From positions 115,925-179,924 of the forward strand of contig CAWBYW010000016.1 in assembly GCA_963792965.1 (NCBI GenBank): DNA of 64,000 nucleotides. Reading direction: 5' to 3'. Origin of the DNA: an uncultured delta proteobacterium. GTDB lineage: Bacteria > Desulfobacterota > Zymogenia > Zymogenales > Zymogenaceae. Below the pieces are notes generated by a model, which was not told the origin of the DNA, searched no databases, and was given only the letters and a program-made list of their open reading frames with translations. Each line of letters begins with the position of its first letter. Position 1 is the stretch's first letter. The translations under genes were made by a program, and so were the position numbers. Below, in pieces: positions 20,162-31,483 of the stretch.

Positions 20162-23100
20162 TCAAAGGCTTACTTGGCGATGAGCTCGTCCAGCCGCTCG
20201 ATGAGTAATTCGACGCTGAAACGGCTTTTCGACGAACGGGCTTCCCGTAATCTTCAGGAAGGCCTGGGTGTCTTTTCCGAGGACGTCACCGGTGATAAAG
20301 AGAACCCTGTTGGAAAGGCCGGGGTGATATTTCTGAATAAAGGTATAGAGCTCTTTTCCGCCGATACCGGGCATCTTCATGTCCGAGATCACCACGTCAT
20401 ATCGCTTGCCGTTGATAGCCTCGATGGCCTCCTCGCCGCCCGTGCATAGATCCACCCGATGCCCCTCGTCGGCCAACGCTTCAAACAGGAGGTCCCTCAC
20501 GGATTTCTCATCTTCGACCACAAGCACCGACTTTCCGTTTCGCGGTCCGGCCGCCTTTTTCTGCATGGGCCGCTCCGTGCGTTCTTCCTCACTCGTGACG
20601 GGGAGCTCGATGCTAAAGCGTGTCGCCTTCCTTGGGGAGCTTGTCACGTCGATTTTCCCGCCATGCTCACCTATGATGCCGTAGACGATGGCAAGGCCCA
20701 AGCCCGTCCCCTTTCCGACCTCTTTGGTCGTGAAAAACGGATCAAAGATGTAGTTGATGATATCCTTGGGTATGCCCGGCCCGTCGTCCTCAAATTCGAT
20801 CGAGATGGCGCCGTTTTTCAGTACCGAGCGGATCACGAGCGTGCCCCCGCCGGCCGTGACCAGGGCGTCGTGGGCATTGTTGATGAGGTTGATGAAAACC
20901 TGCTGCAGCTGGTAGGGGTCGGCCGAGGTCTTGGGTATATCCTCGGAAAGATCCGTCTGAATCACGACGTTGTCCACCCGCAGCTCATATTCCCTGAGCC
21001 GGTACGATTCCATGATCACGTCGTTGATGGATATCATTTTTCGCTCGGGCTTGTGCTCGCGCGCAAAGGCCAATAGTCCCTGGATGATCTTCGACGAGCG
21101 GAAGGACTCTTTACGGATGATTTCGAGCTTTTCCCGTATGTGGGCCGGTATCTCCTTTCGCATCATCAGATCGGCGTGGCCGATGATGGAGGTCAGGGGG
21201 TTGTTCAGCTCGTGGGCCACCCCGGACAGGATCCCCCCGAGGCTCGAGAGCTTCTCGGCCTGGGCGAGCTGTCGCTCCATTTTCTTTCTCTCGGTGATGT
21301 CCTTGAGGAAGCCCTGGTAGCCGATGATCGCGCCCGACTTGTCCTTCCTGACGACCGCCGTCATCAGGCAGTCGAGCAACTGGCCGTCTTTTCGCGTGAA
21401 CGATATCTCGTGGTCCTTAACGAAACCCCTTTCCGCAAGAAGACGAATAATCCGGTCTCTTTCGTCCGACGGTGAATAGACCTCGGTGAGGTCCAGGCTC
21501 AAGAGCTCTTCCCTCGTGTATCCGGTGAGTTGTTCCGCCGCCCGATTGATGTCGATGATCCGGGCCTCTCTATTCGTCACGACGATGATATCCCGGGAAG
21601 TCTCGAAGATACCGCGGTACCTTTCTTCAGACTCTTTGATTGCCTCTTCGGCCTCTTTTCGCTCGGTGATGTCTCTGATGGTCCCCTGGTAGCCGACGAT
21701 AGCTCCTTTCCTGTCCCTCCTGGCCGCCGCGGTCATGAGGCAGTCCGCATACGTCCCGTCTTTTTTCCGCATAGTCAATTCAAAATCCTTGATAAACCGT
21801 GTCTTTCTATGGTCTCCTTGAATCGATTGCGCTCCGTGAGGATCCTTATAGAAGTAGCTGACGTTTCTGGAGAGGGTCTCCTCCCTCGTGTAGCCGAGGA
21901 TCGTTTCAAACGCCGGATTGACGTCAAAGATAGCTCCTTCTGGCGAGGTAATGAAGACGATATCCTGGGACGTCTCGAAAAAGCCGCGGTATTTCTCCTC
22001 GGACTCTTTGAGGGCCTCCTCGGCCCTTTTGCGCTCCTGTTCGCTCTCAATAGACCGACAGGGCAAATGCGATATCTCCGGCTACTTCCACGAGCAGGGA
22101 TGCTTCCTCATTATCGAAGACGTCGGCCTGGTCCCCATAAACCCCCAGCGCGCCGAAGACCTGTGTACCGACCACAATGGGCAGCGCCATGCATGAGCGG
22201 TAACCCCTTTTCAGCGCCTCCTTCCGCCAGGGCAGGAAGTCCGGATCATGGGCGGTATCATTGGTTATCCACGGGCGCTTCGTTTTGATCGCCGTCCCCA
22301 TCGGGCCCCTTGCCGGTTTTCGTGCTCATCCCAGGTTACGGTGATGTTCTTGAGATATCCGTCCTCAAATCCCCAGTAGGCCGCCGGGATGACTCGTTTG
22401 TGCCCCTCTTCGACCAGGCCGATCCAGACGAAGTGGTAGCCGCTCACCTCGCACAGGATCTCGCATGCTCCCTCAAGGATCGTATCTTTATCCTTTCACC
22501 TTCGCGATCAACTGGTCGATGTTCCTCAGCGACCGGAGGAGCCGGTTGAGGTGGGCGATCCGCTCCTGCGCCCGCTTCCATTCGGTGATGTCCCTCCCGA
22601 GGCCGTGCGCCTCGACGACTTTCCCGTCCTTCCAGATCAGGGTTTCCCTCATCTCCACCGTCCTGATTTCTCCGCCCTTATCAACAATGGAAAGATCGAA
22701 GGGGCCGATATCCTCGCCCTTTCGCTGTCTCTCGAAGAGCTCGGGAATCTTTTTCACTGATTCCGGGGCCAAGAGCTCAATGTAGTTTTTCCTGATCAGC
22801 TCATCCCGGGTATACCCGGAGACCCGCGCGAGGGCCCGGTTGAGATAGAGTATCTTTCCGGTTCCGTCCGTCACGTAGACGATGTCGTCGATGTTCTCCA
22901 CCAGCTCCCGATAGCGCCGTTCCGACTCCCTGAGCGCATCCTCCGCCCTCTTACGCTCGGTGATGTCGCGCCCGATCCCCTGAAATTCCACGATGCGATT
23001 TCCGCTCCAAACCAGTTTTTCCCGGGTCTCGATGGTCTTCAGCGTAACCGTCGGCATCAAAGACATCAAGGCGGAAGATCCCGACATCCTCACCGGCGCG

Positions 23101-24495
23101 CTGGCGCGCTGAAGACGTCGGCGGCGGTCTCCAATGAGCCGGGCGCAAGGAAATCGGCGAAGCTCCGTCCAATCACCTCCTCCCGTCGACGTCCGATAAA
23201 CTCCTCCGCCGCGCTGTTCAGAAAAGTGATTTTCCCCTGCTCGTTGGTAACGTAGACGATATCCGCGATATTCTCGACCAGCTCCCGGTAGCGTTGTTCC
23301 GACTCCCTGAGAGCCAGCTCGGCCTCCTTGCGCCTGCTGATATCCGTTACGATAACCTGAACAGCCGGCTTTCCCCGATACGTGAGAGGTGTCGCAAGGA
23401 CATCGACGGGAACGGCGGTGCCATCCAGCCTGACGTAGACATTCTCCGCCGGGTAGAGCCCTTCCTCTCCGGACAACATCCGCTTAATCCGGTCCTCGGC
23501 ATCTTTCAGATAGTCGGGGTGGATGATCTGCTTAATATCACGGCCGGTTATCTCGTCGGGGGATCCCGCGCCGAGGATCTTTGCCCCCTCCATATTCGTG
23601 AAAACGATCTTCCCCTCGGACTGGACGGCTATACCCACGGGGGCGATCTCAAGGAGTTTACGGTAACGCTCCTCGCTCTCGCGGAGGGCTTCCTCGGCCT
23701 CCCTGCGCTCCGTAGTGTTTCTTCCCACGCCCAGAAAGCCGGAGGGCCGCCCGTCGGCGTCCCTGAGGAGCGTCACGTTGATCTCGCCCCAGAAGGTGGA
23801 ACCGTCCTTCCGACAAAACTCGAGCTCCATCGTTCGGGATATCTTCACGTTCGGGTCGTAAAGCCGCTCAGGCGTCAGGTCTTCCGCCATCGCCCCGGCG
23901 GCGATCCGATACGAATCGGGGGCCATGCTTTTTTCAAGAGGAAGGTCACGGAGCTCCTCGAGGCTGTACCCCCGGTTGAATGCGACCGAAGGATTCGAGT
24001 ACGTCGTGCGAAAGTCCATGTCCATCATCCAGACGGTGTCGTTCATATTCTCGGTGATGATGCGGTAGCGCTCGTCTTTTTCGCGCAGGGCCGCCTCGGC
24101 GCGCTCTTTTTCGATCCGGAGCCTTTTTTGTTCGAGGGCGACGGCGACGGCGGGCCCCAGCCCTTCATATGCTCCTTGATGACGTAGTCGGCCGCGCCCG
24201 CCTTCATGCACTCGACGGCGGTGTCCTCGTTTTGCGATCCGGTCAGGATGATCACGGGCGTTATCGGCGCGCGCTCAAGGGTAAGTTTGAGCGCCGTCAG
24301 CCCGTCAAAGGAGGGGAGCTTGAAGTCCGAGACGATGAGGTCGGGACGGAACGCCTCGAGGGCCGCGAGGAACTCCTCGCGCGTCTCGACCGTCCGGAAG
24401 ACACACTTCTTGCAGCTCTTGCCGATCTCCCGCTCGGCCAATTCCGCGTCCGTCGGGAGGTCTTCGACGATCAGGATGCGCGTGGGCTCATCCAT
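20162..24495 (-). CDS. Very large hybrid sensor histidine kinase (REC-PASxN-GAF-PAS-PAS-HisKA-HATPase-REC), fragmented into at least 5 ORFs by apparent frameshifts
   Basis: ORFs 24043..24495 (REC), 23090..24211 and 22488..23093 (repeated PAS with ERYR motifs), 22265..22447 plus 22047..22301 (GAF) and 20162..22066 (PAS, HisKA H-box, HATPase, C-terminal REC) overlap end to start. The real sequence continues across each junction in another frame. Confidence 0.7.
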
Positions 24496-24543
24496 TGGGT
24501 TTCACCTTCGCTTCATTGATAAGAAGGGATGCCGTCGGCCCGC

Positions 24544-24989
24544 CTAAGAAGGGGGCTGATTCACCAGCAGCCAGTAGAGCCCGAGGTTGCTCATCGCCTG
24601 AAAGAACTGGTCGAAATCGACCGGTTTGACCACGTAGCTGTTGGCGCCGAGGGCGTAGGCCTCCTTGATGTCCGGGTCTTCCCGCGAGGAGCTCACGACG
24701 ACGACGGGGATGCTTTTCGTCCGCTCGATGCCCTTGATCACCCGCAGAACCTCAAGACCGTTCATCTTGGGGAGCTTCAGGTCAAGGAGCACCACCTTGG
24801 GAAGCTTCATCGTCTTTCTTTCCGCGTATTCCCCCTGGGCCAGGAGGATATCCAGCGCCTGCGCCCCGTCCTGCGCAACATAGATCTGGTTTGCCAGATG
24901 GTTTTTCTTGAGTGCCCTGACCGTCAGCTCGGCATCATTGGGATTATCCTCCACCAGGAGGATGTCTAATCGGTTCGATGTTGCTCATG
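24544..24989 (-). CDS. Single-domain response regulator (REC)
   Basis: [10 protein letters not shown]...[13 protein letters not shown]...VVVSSS...K. The true ATG at 24989 overlaps the upstream kinase stop. A 1-nt apparent frameshift follows MSNIEPIRH. Confidence 0.7.
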
Positions 24990-27508
24990 AAGTCCCCCCT
25001 TCATTGAGTAGGGCAAAGTAAAACGCGGCGCCTTTTTCCACTTCTCCTTCGGCCCAGACCCGCCCGCCGTGGCGGTGGATCACCCGCTGGACGATAGCGA
25101 GGCCGACGCCGGTGCCCGGAAATTCCCGCTCGCCGTGGAGCCGCTGAAAAACCCCGAAGAGCTTGTCCGAATAGCGCATGTCAAAGCCGGCGCCGTTGTC
25201 CCTGACGGAGTAGATCGCCTCGCCGTTCTGTATTTCTCCGTTTACCTCGATTACCGCCCGCTCTTTCTTGGACGAAAACTTAACCGCGTTCGATATGAGG
25301 TTCACCCACACCTGCCGAATCATCGTCGGGTCTCCCTCGAAGCGCGGCAATTTCCCCACCCGAAAGTCGATGCGTCCGCGGCCTTCCTCGTTCGTCAGCT
25401 CGAAAAAGACGGAGCGCGCCAGAATCCCCATATCGATCGGGGCGGCCTGCATCTCGACGCGCCCGATGCGCGAGAACGCCAGCAGATCGTCGATGAGCCT
25501 GCCCATTTTGTTCGTGTTATCGCGGATGATCGCGCTCAGGCGCCTTCCCTCCTCGTCCAGAGACGCCTCGTGCTCCTCGAGAAGGACCTTGGTGAACCCG
25601 TCGATGGCGCGCAGCGGGGCGCGCAGGTCGTGCGACACCGAGTAGCTGAAGGCCTCGAGCTCCTTGTTGGAGGCCTCCAGCTGCGCCGTGCGGTCGCGCA
25701 CGCGCTGTTCCAGCTCCTTGTTGAGCGTCTGAATTTCTTCCTCCGCCCGCCTGCGGTCGGTGATATCGAGCGCCGAAGACAGCGCACCCGTCACCTTTCC
25801 GCTTTCGTCTTTGAGCACACGGCACCACCAACCGAGCAGTCGACTTTGGCCGTCACTGCGCCGCTGCCAGCTCTCGACGTAGAAAACGTTTTCAACACCG
25901 TCAAAGAGTGGCTGCACCACGGTCATAGGTTTCCTGCTCACCGACGAAGTAACCGGCCGCTTCTTTCCCGATTACGTCCTCCCCGAAGAACTCGAGGCCC
26001 GCCTGATTGGCCCAGGTATAGACCTTGTTGTTGTCCACCTCCATGATGATGTCGCTAACGGCGTCCAGGATGGCCTCCTGGCGATTAGACAACGCCCGCA
26101 AATTCTCCTCGGCGCGTTTTTTTTCGGTGATGTCTCGTAGGACGGACCGGCTATAGAGGATTTTGCCCTTCGCGTCTCTCACCGCGCTGGTGCTGAGCAT
26201 GACGTCGATCGTCGTCCCGTCCTTTCGCAGTATCTTGAGCTCTTCGCCGTGCACCTCTCCCGTCTTCAGAAAGGTCGGGAACACCACCTTGCCGGGAACG
26301 TTCGGCGCTGTCCGGATGATATATTTCAAAGACGGGGCGGCCGATGATCTCGTCCTTCGTGTACCCCGCTTGCCCTGGCAAACGTCTCGTTGCAGCTTGA
26401 TGATTTTCGCCGTTTTTGCGTCCACCGATACGAACATGTCGGGGGCGTTTTCGTAGAGGTCCTCGTATCGTGCCTCCGACTCCCTGAGCGCCTCTTCTGC
26501 CCGCTTGCGCTCCGTTACGTCCCTCCCGATTCCGTGGACTTCCTTGGCTCTCCCTTGTTCCCAAATGAGCCGCTCTCTTGTTTCGACCGTGTGGATAGCG
26601 CCGCCCTTACCGTGTAGTTTGACTTCAAACGGGCCGACATTTTCCCCGGCGAGTTGTCGTTTATATACACGCGTAATATCCTTATACGAGTCGGTTGTGA
26701 GGAGGCTCTTCGTATTGAGCCTGAGGAACTCTTCCCTCGAATATCCCAGTTTTGACGCGGCGGCGCTGTTGACGAACGTTATGTTTCCCTTATCGTCAAA
26801 GACATAGATAATGTCCTCGATATTTTCTACGATATTGCGGTAGCGCTCTTCGCTTTCCTCGATCCGGCGCAGCATCGGAGACGAGACCCGCAGGAAGAGA
26901 AAGGCGCCGACAAGCGCCAACAGGAGCGCAATGGAACCCGCGGTCAGGCCCGCCCGGACGAAGGGGGCTTTGACCTCCGCAAGGTCGATCTTGGCCACGA
27001 CGCCGAGGCCCAGCGCCTGCACCGGCTCGTAGGCCGCCAGCACCTTCTCCCCCCGGTAGTCGATGCCGACCATCGTCCCGGAAAGCCCCGAGAGGGCGCG
27101 TCGCATTGGCTCGGCCACGGGGGAATCGAGTGGGAGGATCGTCGGCGCCTGGGCCTTCTCGGCGAATCTTCCTGCGAACAGGAAGACCATCGAGTCTCCC
27201 TCGCGACGGGCGACGACGACCTCCCCGCTCACTGTTTCGGGATGATAATGGATGTGAGACTCAAGGAGCTCCCGGAGCTTTGCGTCGTCTATTTTTTTGA
27301 CTCGACTCCCGGCCACTATTCCATTTGCGCGGGTGATCTCCTCAAAGTGCAACGCCTGGCTCCGCGCGATCTCTGACAGGCGCTGCTTCTGCTCCTCGAT
27401 AGCCGCCCGGTAGAGCATGCTGATCGTGACGCCGAGGACGACGAGAATAATCGCGGTCATGATGAGGATGAGGATGGCGATTCTTCTTCCGCTCTCTTCA
27501 CGGTCCAA
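24985..27508 (-). CDS. Membrane-anchored multi-PAS sensor histidine kinase (fragmented by apparent frameshifts)
   Basis: An N-terminal TM, an extracytoplasmic region and a second TM are followed by three PAS modules with ERYR motifs. HisKA (SHDLRAPL) and HATPase (GTGVGLAIV) follow. The ORFs 25901..27508 and 24985..25941 overlap, and there are internal nonsense stretches at about 26200-26350. Confidence 0.7.
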
Positions 27509-27969
27509 GACCTCGCTGTTTATCTTTTAGAATGCAGAGTGAACACGAATCCGCCGCCCACGTCTTGTCGGGATCTTTGAGAACAAACCAATACGTTAGT
27601 TAGTGCCGTGAATTGAGACTACCCTCCGAGAGCATGCCGTGCCGTCTCCGAGCACGGATTTCACCGCGTAAAGTCAGTTCGACCGATGGCCCGCCGCGAG
27701 AGGTCGCTGTGGAAGTTGAATAGTAAGACGGTACTGATAGTCGCCACGAATGTGAGCTGATGGAGGGAGCGGTAACATACAACGTGCCCCGGTCTCTCTT
27801 GATTAACCAATAACGATTCTTATGATATTATCCGCCGTTTTATTTGATTATGCAAACAGTATTTTGGATATCCTTTCACTATCATATCAGATTAGTATAC
27901 GCATGCCCGTTTTTGCGCTTCATGCTCGGATAAGAAACGGCCATTCATGCGCCTTCCTTCTCTCCCCAA

Positions 27970-28614
27970 TCACAGCCGGATCACGATGGTGTCGCATATC
28001 ATGTCGTGCCACCCCTGCCGCTCCTCGTCCCAGATGATCCACAGGAATCCGACGAAGAGCAAGAGCCCCGATGGAATATAGCACACAAGCCTTAGGGCGG
28101 AGATCGGAAAGGATACCGCCCTTCCATCACTCATGACCACCCTGATGCCCATGATCATCTTCCCCACGGTCTGCCCGAACAGGGTAGTCATCACGATGAA
28201 GTAGAGGGGCGGAACGGCAATCCCGACAAGGAGTCCCGCTTTCAGGAGGGGAGAAAGGAATCCAAGGAACTCCAGGCCCTGGCTCGTGAGTATCATGTCT
28301 ACAATCCCCGTGGTCTTATCTATGAGAAGCGCCGCTCCCAATAGGAGCGCCAGGTCGAACATGAAGACAAAGAGGATATCGAAGGCCATCGCAAACGACC
28401 GGATGAAGAAACCGGCTCGCCTGAAATCGGCGATATTCTTCTTTGGAACAGGGGCATCATGCCGCGCCGGAACAGTCGCCTTCCTCCGACGGACGAGCGG
28501 CTCTCTTTTCGGGCTTTTCACGGCAACCGCCTGTCGGCCGGGCAACAGGGCGCCGCATGAGCGGCAGCGCAGCGCGTCGGCCCTGTTATAGTAGTCGCAC
28601 TCGGGGCATTTCAT
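27970..28614 (-). CDS. RDD family membrane protein with N-terminal zinc ribbon
   Basis: CPECDYY...CRSCG zinc ribbon followed by an RDD-type polytopic region (WHDMICDTIVIRL C-terminus). Confidence 0.65.
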   Translation of the reverse strand: MKCPECDYYNRADALRCRSCGALLPGRQAVAVKSPKREPLVRRRKATVPARHDAPVPKKNIADFRRAGFFIRSFAMAFDILFVFMFDLALLLGAALLIDKTTGIVDMILTSQGLEFLGFLSPLLKAGLLVGIAVPPLYFIVMTTLFGQTVGKMIMGIRVVMSDGRAVSFPISALRLVCYIPSGLLLFVGFLWIIWDEERQGWHDMICDTIVIRL

Positions 28615-28618
28615 CGTC

Positions 28619-29341
28619 TCAGCGCCACCCCCACTCGTATTGAACGATCGCGGCCGCCACCAGCGGCGCGGTCTCCGCCCGAAAAATGAGCCCGCCGAGG
28701 CCCGCCACAATAAGGCCGGCCTCCCGTGCGCCGGCGATCTCGGCACCCGAGAAACCGCCCTCCGGGCCGGTGAAAAGGGAGATCGTGCCGGGGGGGTCCG
28801 TCACCTCTCCGATGATCTCCTTTATTCCCCTGGTCTCCTCCTCCGAGAGGATGAGGGAAAGGCCCCCGCGAAGCTCGACGGCCTCCGAAAAAGCGAGGGG
28901 GGAATGCACCTCCAGCGCGCGGTTTCGCCGCGCCAGCCGGGACTCCTCCTCGGCGATCTTCTTCATTCGCGCAAGCTTCATGTCGCCGATATCACGCACG
29001 ATCGTCCGTGATGAAACAAAGGGAGTCACCGACGAAACGCCAAGCTCGGCCGCGTCCCGAACGAGGCGCTCCATCTTTTTCCCCTTCAGAAGCCCGATAA
29101 AGAGGTGAACGGCAAGCGAGGCCTCGGGGTGCGGCGGCATCTCTTCAATAACGACGAGCGACACCATCTTCCGTGAGACGGCCGCCGTCCGCGCCGCGAA
29201 CTCGTGCCCCCTCTCGTCCACAAGGCAGATCGTATCGCCGACCGAAAGCCTCAACACATCCCTGATATAGTGGGCCTGCTCGGACGAAGGCATGATCGCC
29301 GCCCCCGAGGAGAGCGTCCCCTTAACGAAGAGCCGCTTCAT
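28619..29341 (-). CDS. rsmE: 16S rRNA (uracil1498-N3)-methyltransferase RsmE
   Basis: An N-terminal PUA-like domain and a C-terminal SPOUT domain (GPEGGFS...AGLGGLIFRAETA). Confidence 0.8.
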   Translation of the reverse strand: MKRLFVKGTLSSGAAIMPSSEQAHYIRDVLRLSVGDTICLVDERGHEFAARTAAVSRKMVSLVVIEEMPPHPEASLAVHLFIGLLKGKKMERLVRDAAELGVSSVTPFVSSRTIVRDIGDMKLARMKKIAEEESRLARRNRALEVHSPLAFSEAVELRGGLSLILSEEETRGIKEIIGEVTDPPGTISLFTGPEGGFSGAEIAGAREAGLIVAGLGGLIFRAETAPLVAAAIVQYEWGWR

Positions 29342-31316
29342 CTTCTGCCCCGCCTGTTCCCAGCAGCTCGTAAATCCCCACGGCCTGTTCCTTCCCCTTG
29401 ACGTTGACCTGGCCCAGATCACGGGTCACGAAATCTCCCGCCTTCTTTAGCGTAAACTCGCTGATGATGATCGTCGTGCCGAACTCCTTGTTCAGCCCCT
29501 CCAGTCGCGAAGCCAGATTGACGCTGTCGCCAATGACGGTATAATCCATCCGTCGCTCCGAGCCGATATTACCGACGACCACTTCGCCGCTGTTGATGCC
29601 GATGCCGATCTGCATGGGCGGTATCCCCTCCGTCATGAGGCGCTCGTTGACTTTTTTGAGCTCTTGCTTCATGGACAGGGCGCAGAGACACGCCTTGCGC
29701 GCGTGGTCGGGGGCTTGTTTCGGCGCCCCGAAAAACGCCATGATGGCGTCGCCGACGTATTTGTCGAGGGTTCCGTCGAATCGGAAGACCACCTCGACCA
29801 TGGCCTTGAAATAGATATTCAGGCGCCGCACCACTTCCTCGGGGGGGAGCTTCTCGCTCATGGAAGTAAAGCCCCGGATGTCCGAAAAGAGGATCGAGAT
29901 ATCCCTGCGCTCGCCGCTATCGAGCTTCAGGTCCTCGATGTTCTTGCTGATCTCTTCGGCCACCTGGTGGGAGACATACTTCGCGAAGGCTTCCTTGAAC
30001 TTCTTTTTTGTCCTCCCTTCGGTAACATAGTTGAAGACGAGCGTCGAGACAAAGGAGAGAAATATCGCCGACGTCGGCGCGATATAGTCCATCATGACCC
30101 TCTCCCAGCGAAAGAGGTAGCCGACGATAAGCGTAAAGACGATGAGGATTACGAAAAGCGAGAGGATGCCGTACGCGGCGGACGAGGCCCTGAGCGAGAC
30201 CGCCGCCACCAACAGGGAGAGGATGACAATGACCGCCACGCCCTCCGCCCGCGGGAGGCTTTTCACATGGTCGTTATTGAGGATATTGTCAAGTGCCGTG
30301 GCGTTGAGCTCCACCCCCGGGTAGACCGGCGAAAAGGGGGTCGCCCGCAGGTCGAAGAGCGATACGGCGGTCGTCCCCACCAGGACGATCCTGCCGGCGA
30401 AGGTCTCGGCGGGGATGCGTGGGGGCTGCCCCCTCCGGAGTGCCGCCATCGATTCGATAATGTCGCCGATCGAGTAGTATTCATAGGTACGGTACGGGCC
30501 GTGCCAATTGACGGCCATCCTCCCGTCGGGAGACAGCGGAATGGTAATCGGCCCAGCGAGGAGCGTTCGATTCTTCGTGATGACGATTGACTCCTTTTTC
30601 GGGTCGACTCCAAGGTACTTCAGGGCGGATATGAGACAGAGAGACGGATAATAGCGGCCCTGGTACAGAAAGAGGGGATAGACGGCGCGCGAGGGCCCGT
30701 CGGGGTCGGCCACGAAATTGATGCATCCCGTCCCCGATGAGGCGGCCAACAGCCCGAGGTAAGGCAGCGTGGCCGACCGGTATTGTGAAAGGGTGATATC
30801 GCTTCTGTTCTCCACCGGGACACTGAAGTGCTCCGCCAGATAGAGGTGCTCCATGAGCGCCTCATAGGTCTCGGTCCCGGTTTCCGGGCCCGGCAGAAAG
30901 ACCGTCGAGGTGATGGCCTTCCCGAAACCGGAGGCGGCCCGAGCGAATGCGGCATCGGATGTCGGGTTTTTTATGTCGGGCTCAGCGAAGATGAGGTCGA
31001 AGGCCACCAGCCGCGCCCCGCCGGCTTTCAGGTAGTCCAGCAGTGCCCCAAAGACCTCCCGGGGCCAGGGCCACGTACCCAGGTCGTTCCGATAGAAGTT
31101 GAGGCTCTCCTCATCGAGCGTGATGATGACGATGCGGTCGTCATGGCGCTTCGGGTCGGAAAAGATCCTGAAGCGGACGTCGCCGGTCTTGTTCTCAAGT
31201 GAGGTCAACAATCCCCCGAGATGGGCGGACAGGACCACCGCGCTTACCACAGCGCCGATCACTGCACCCATCAGGAATCGATAGAGAGCGGGATATGTTT
31301 TCCTAATATTCTTCAT
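29322..31316 (-). CDS. CHASE2 sensor domain-containing adenylate/guanylate cyclase (class III)
   Basis: A signal/TM is followed by a periplasmic CHASE2 region and three TM helices. Then comes a class III cyclase domain (ISILFSDIRGFTSMSE...KYVGDAIMAFFGAP...GINSGEVVVGNIG). Confidence 0.8.
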   Translation of the reverse strand: MKNIRKTYPALYRFLMGAVIGAVVSAVVLSAHLGGLLTSLENKTGDVRFRIFSDPKRHDDRIVIITLDEESLNFYRNDLGTWPWPREVFGALLDYLKAGGARLVAFDLIFAEPDIKNPTSDAAFARAASGFGKAITSTVFLPGPETGTETYEALMEHLYLAEHFSVPVENRSDITLSQYRSATLPYLGLLAASSGTGCINFVADPDGPSRAVYPLFLYQGRYYPSLCLISALKYLGVDPKKESIVITKNRTLLAGPITIPLSPDGRMAVNWHGPYRTYEYYSIGDIIESMAALRRGQPPRIPAETFAGRIVLVGTTAVSLFDLRATPFSPVYPGVELNATALDNILNNDHVKSLPRAEGVAVIVILSLLVAAVSLRASSAAYGILSLFVILIVFTLIVGYLFRWERVMMDYIAPTSAIFLSFVSTLVFNYVTEGRTKKKFKEAFAKYVSHQVAEEISKNIEDLKLDSGERRDISILFSDIRGFTSMSEKLPPEEVVRRLNIYFKAMVEVVFRFDGTLDKYVGDAIMAFFGAPKQAPDHARKACLCALSMKQELKKVNERLMTEGIPPMQIGIGINSGEVVVGNIGSERRMDYTVIGDSVNLASRLEGLNKEFGTTIIISEFTLKKAGDFVTRDLGQVNVKGKEQAVGIYELLGTGGAEDEAALR

Positions 31317-31483
31317 ATGTTATACATACCAATAAAAGCAGTCGGAGGCAATAATTTTTATACAACGGGGACGCCTTTCCTCGCTCGTGACGATTGACAT
31401 GATATAAAGAACGGGGTACTATTTACGGCATTACATAATCTTCATGTATTCTTGATGGTAAGCGACAGAGGGAGGCCGCGCTC

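Noticed and set aside
21530-24187. Plus-strand ORFs 21530..22288 and 23294..24187
   Set aside because: Antisense to the PAS/GAF kinase. The minus strand has clear PAS and HisKA signatures, and the plus-strand translations have none.
25069-26046. 325-aa plus-strand ORF
   Set aside because: Antisense to HisKA/HATPase coding sequence.
29664-30590. 308-aa plus-strand ORF
   Set aside because: Antisense to the CHASE2 adenylate cyclase. The translation is RD/RG-rich nonsense.
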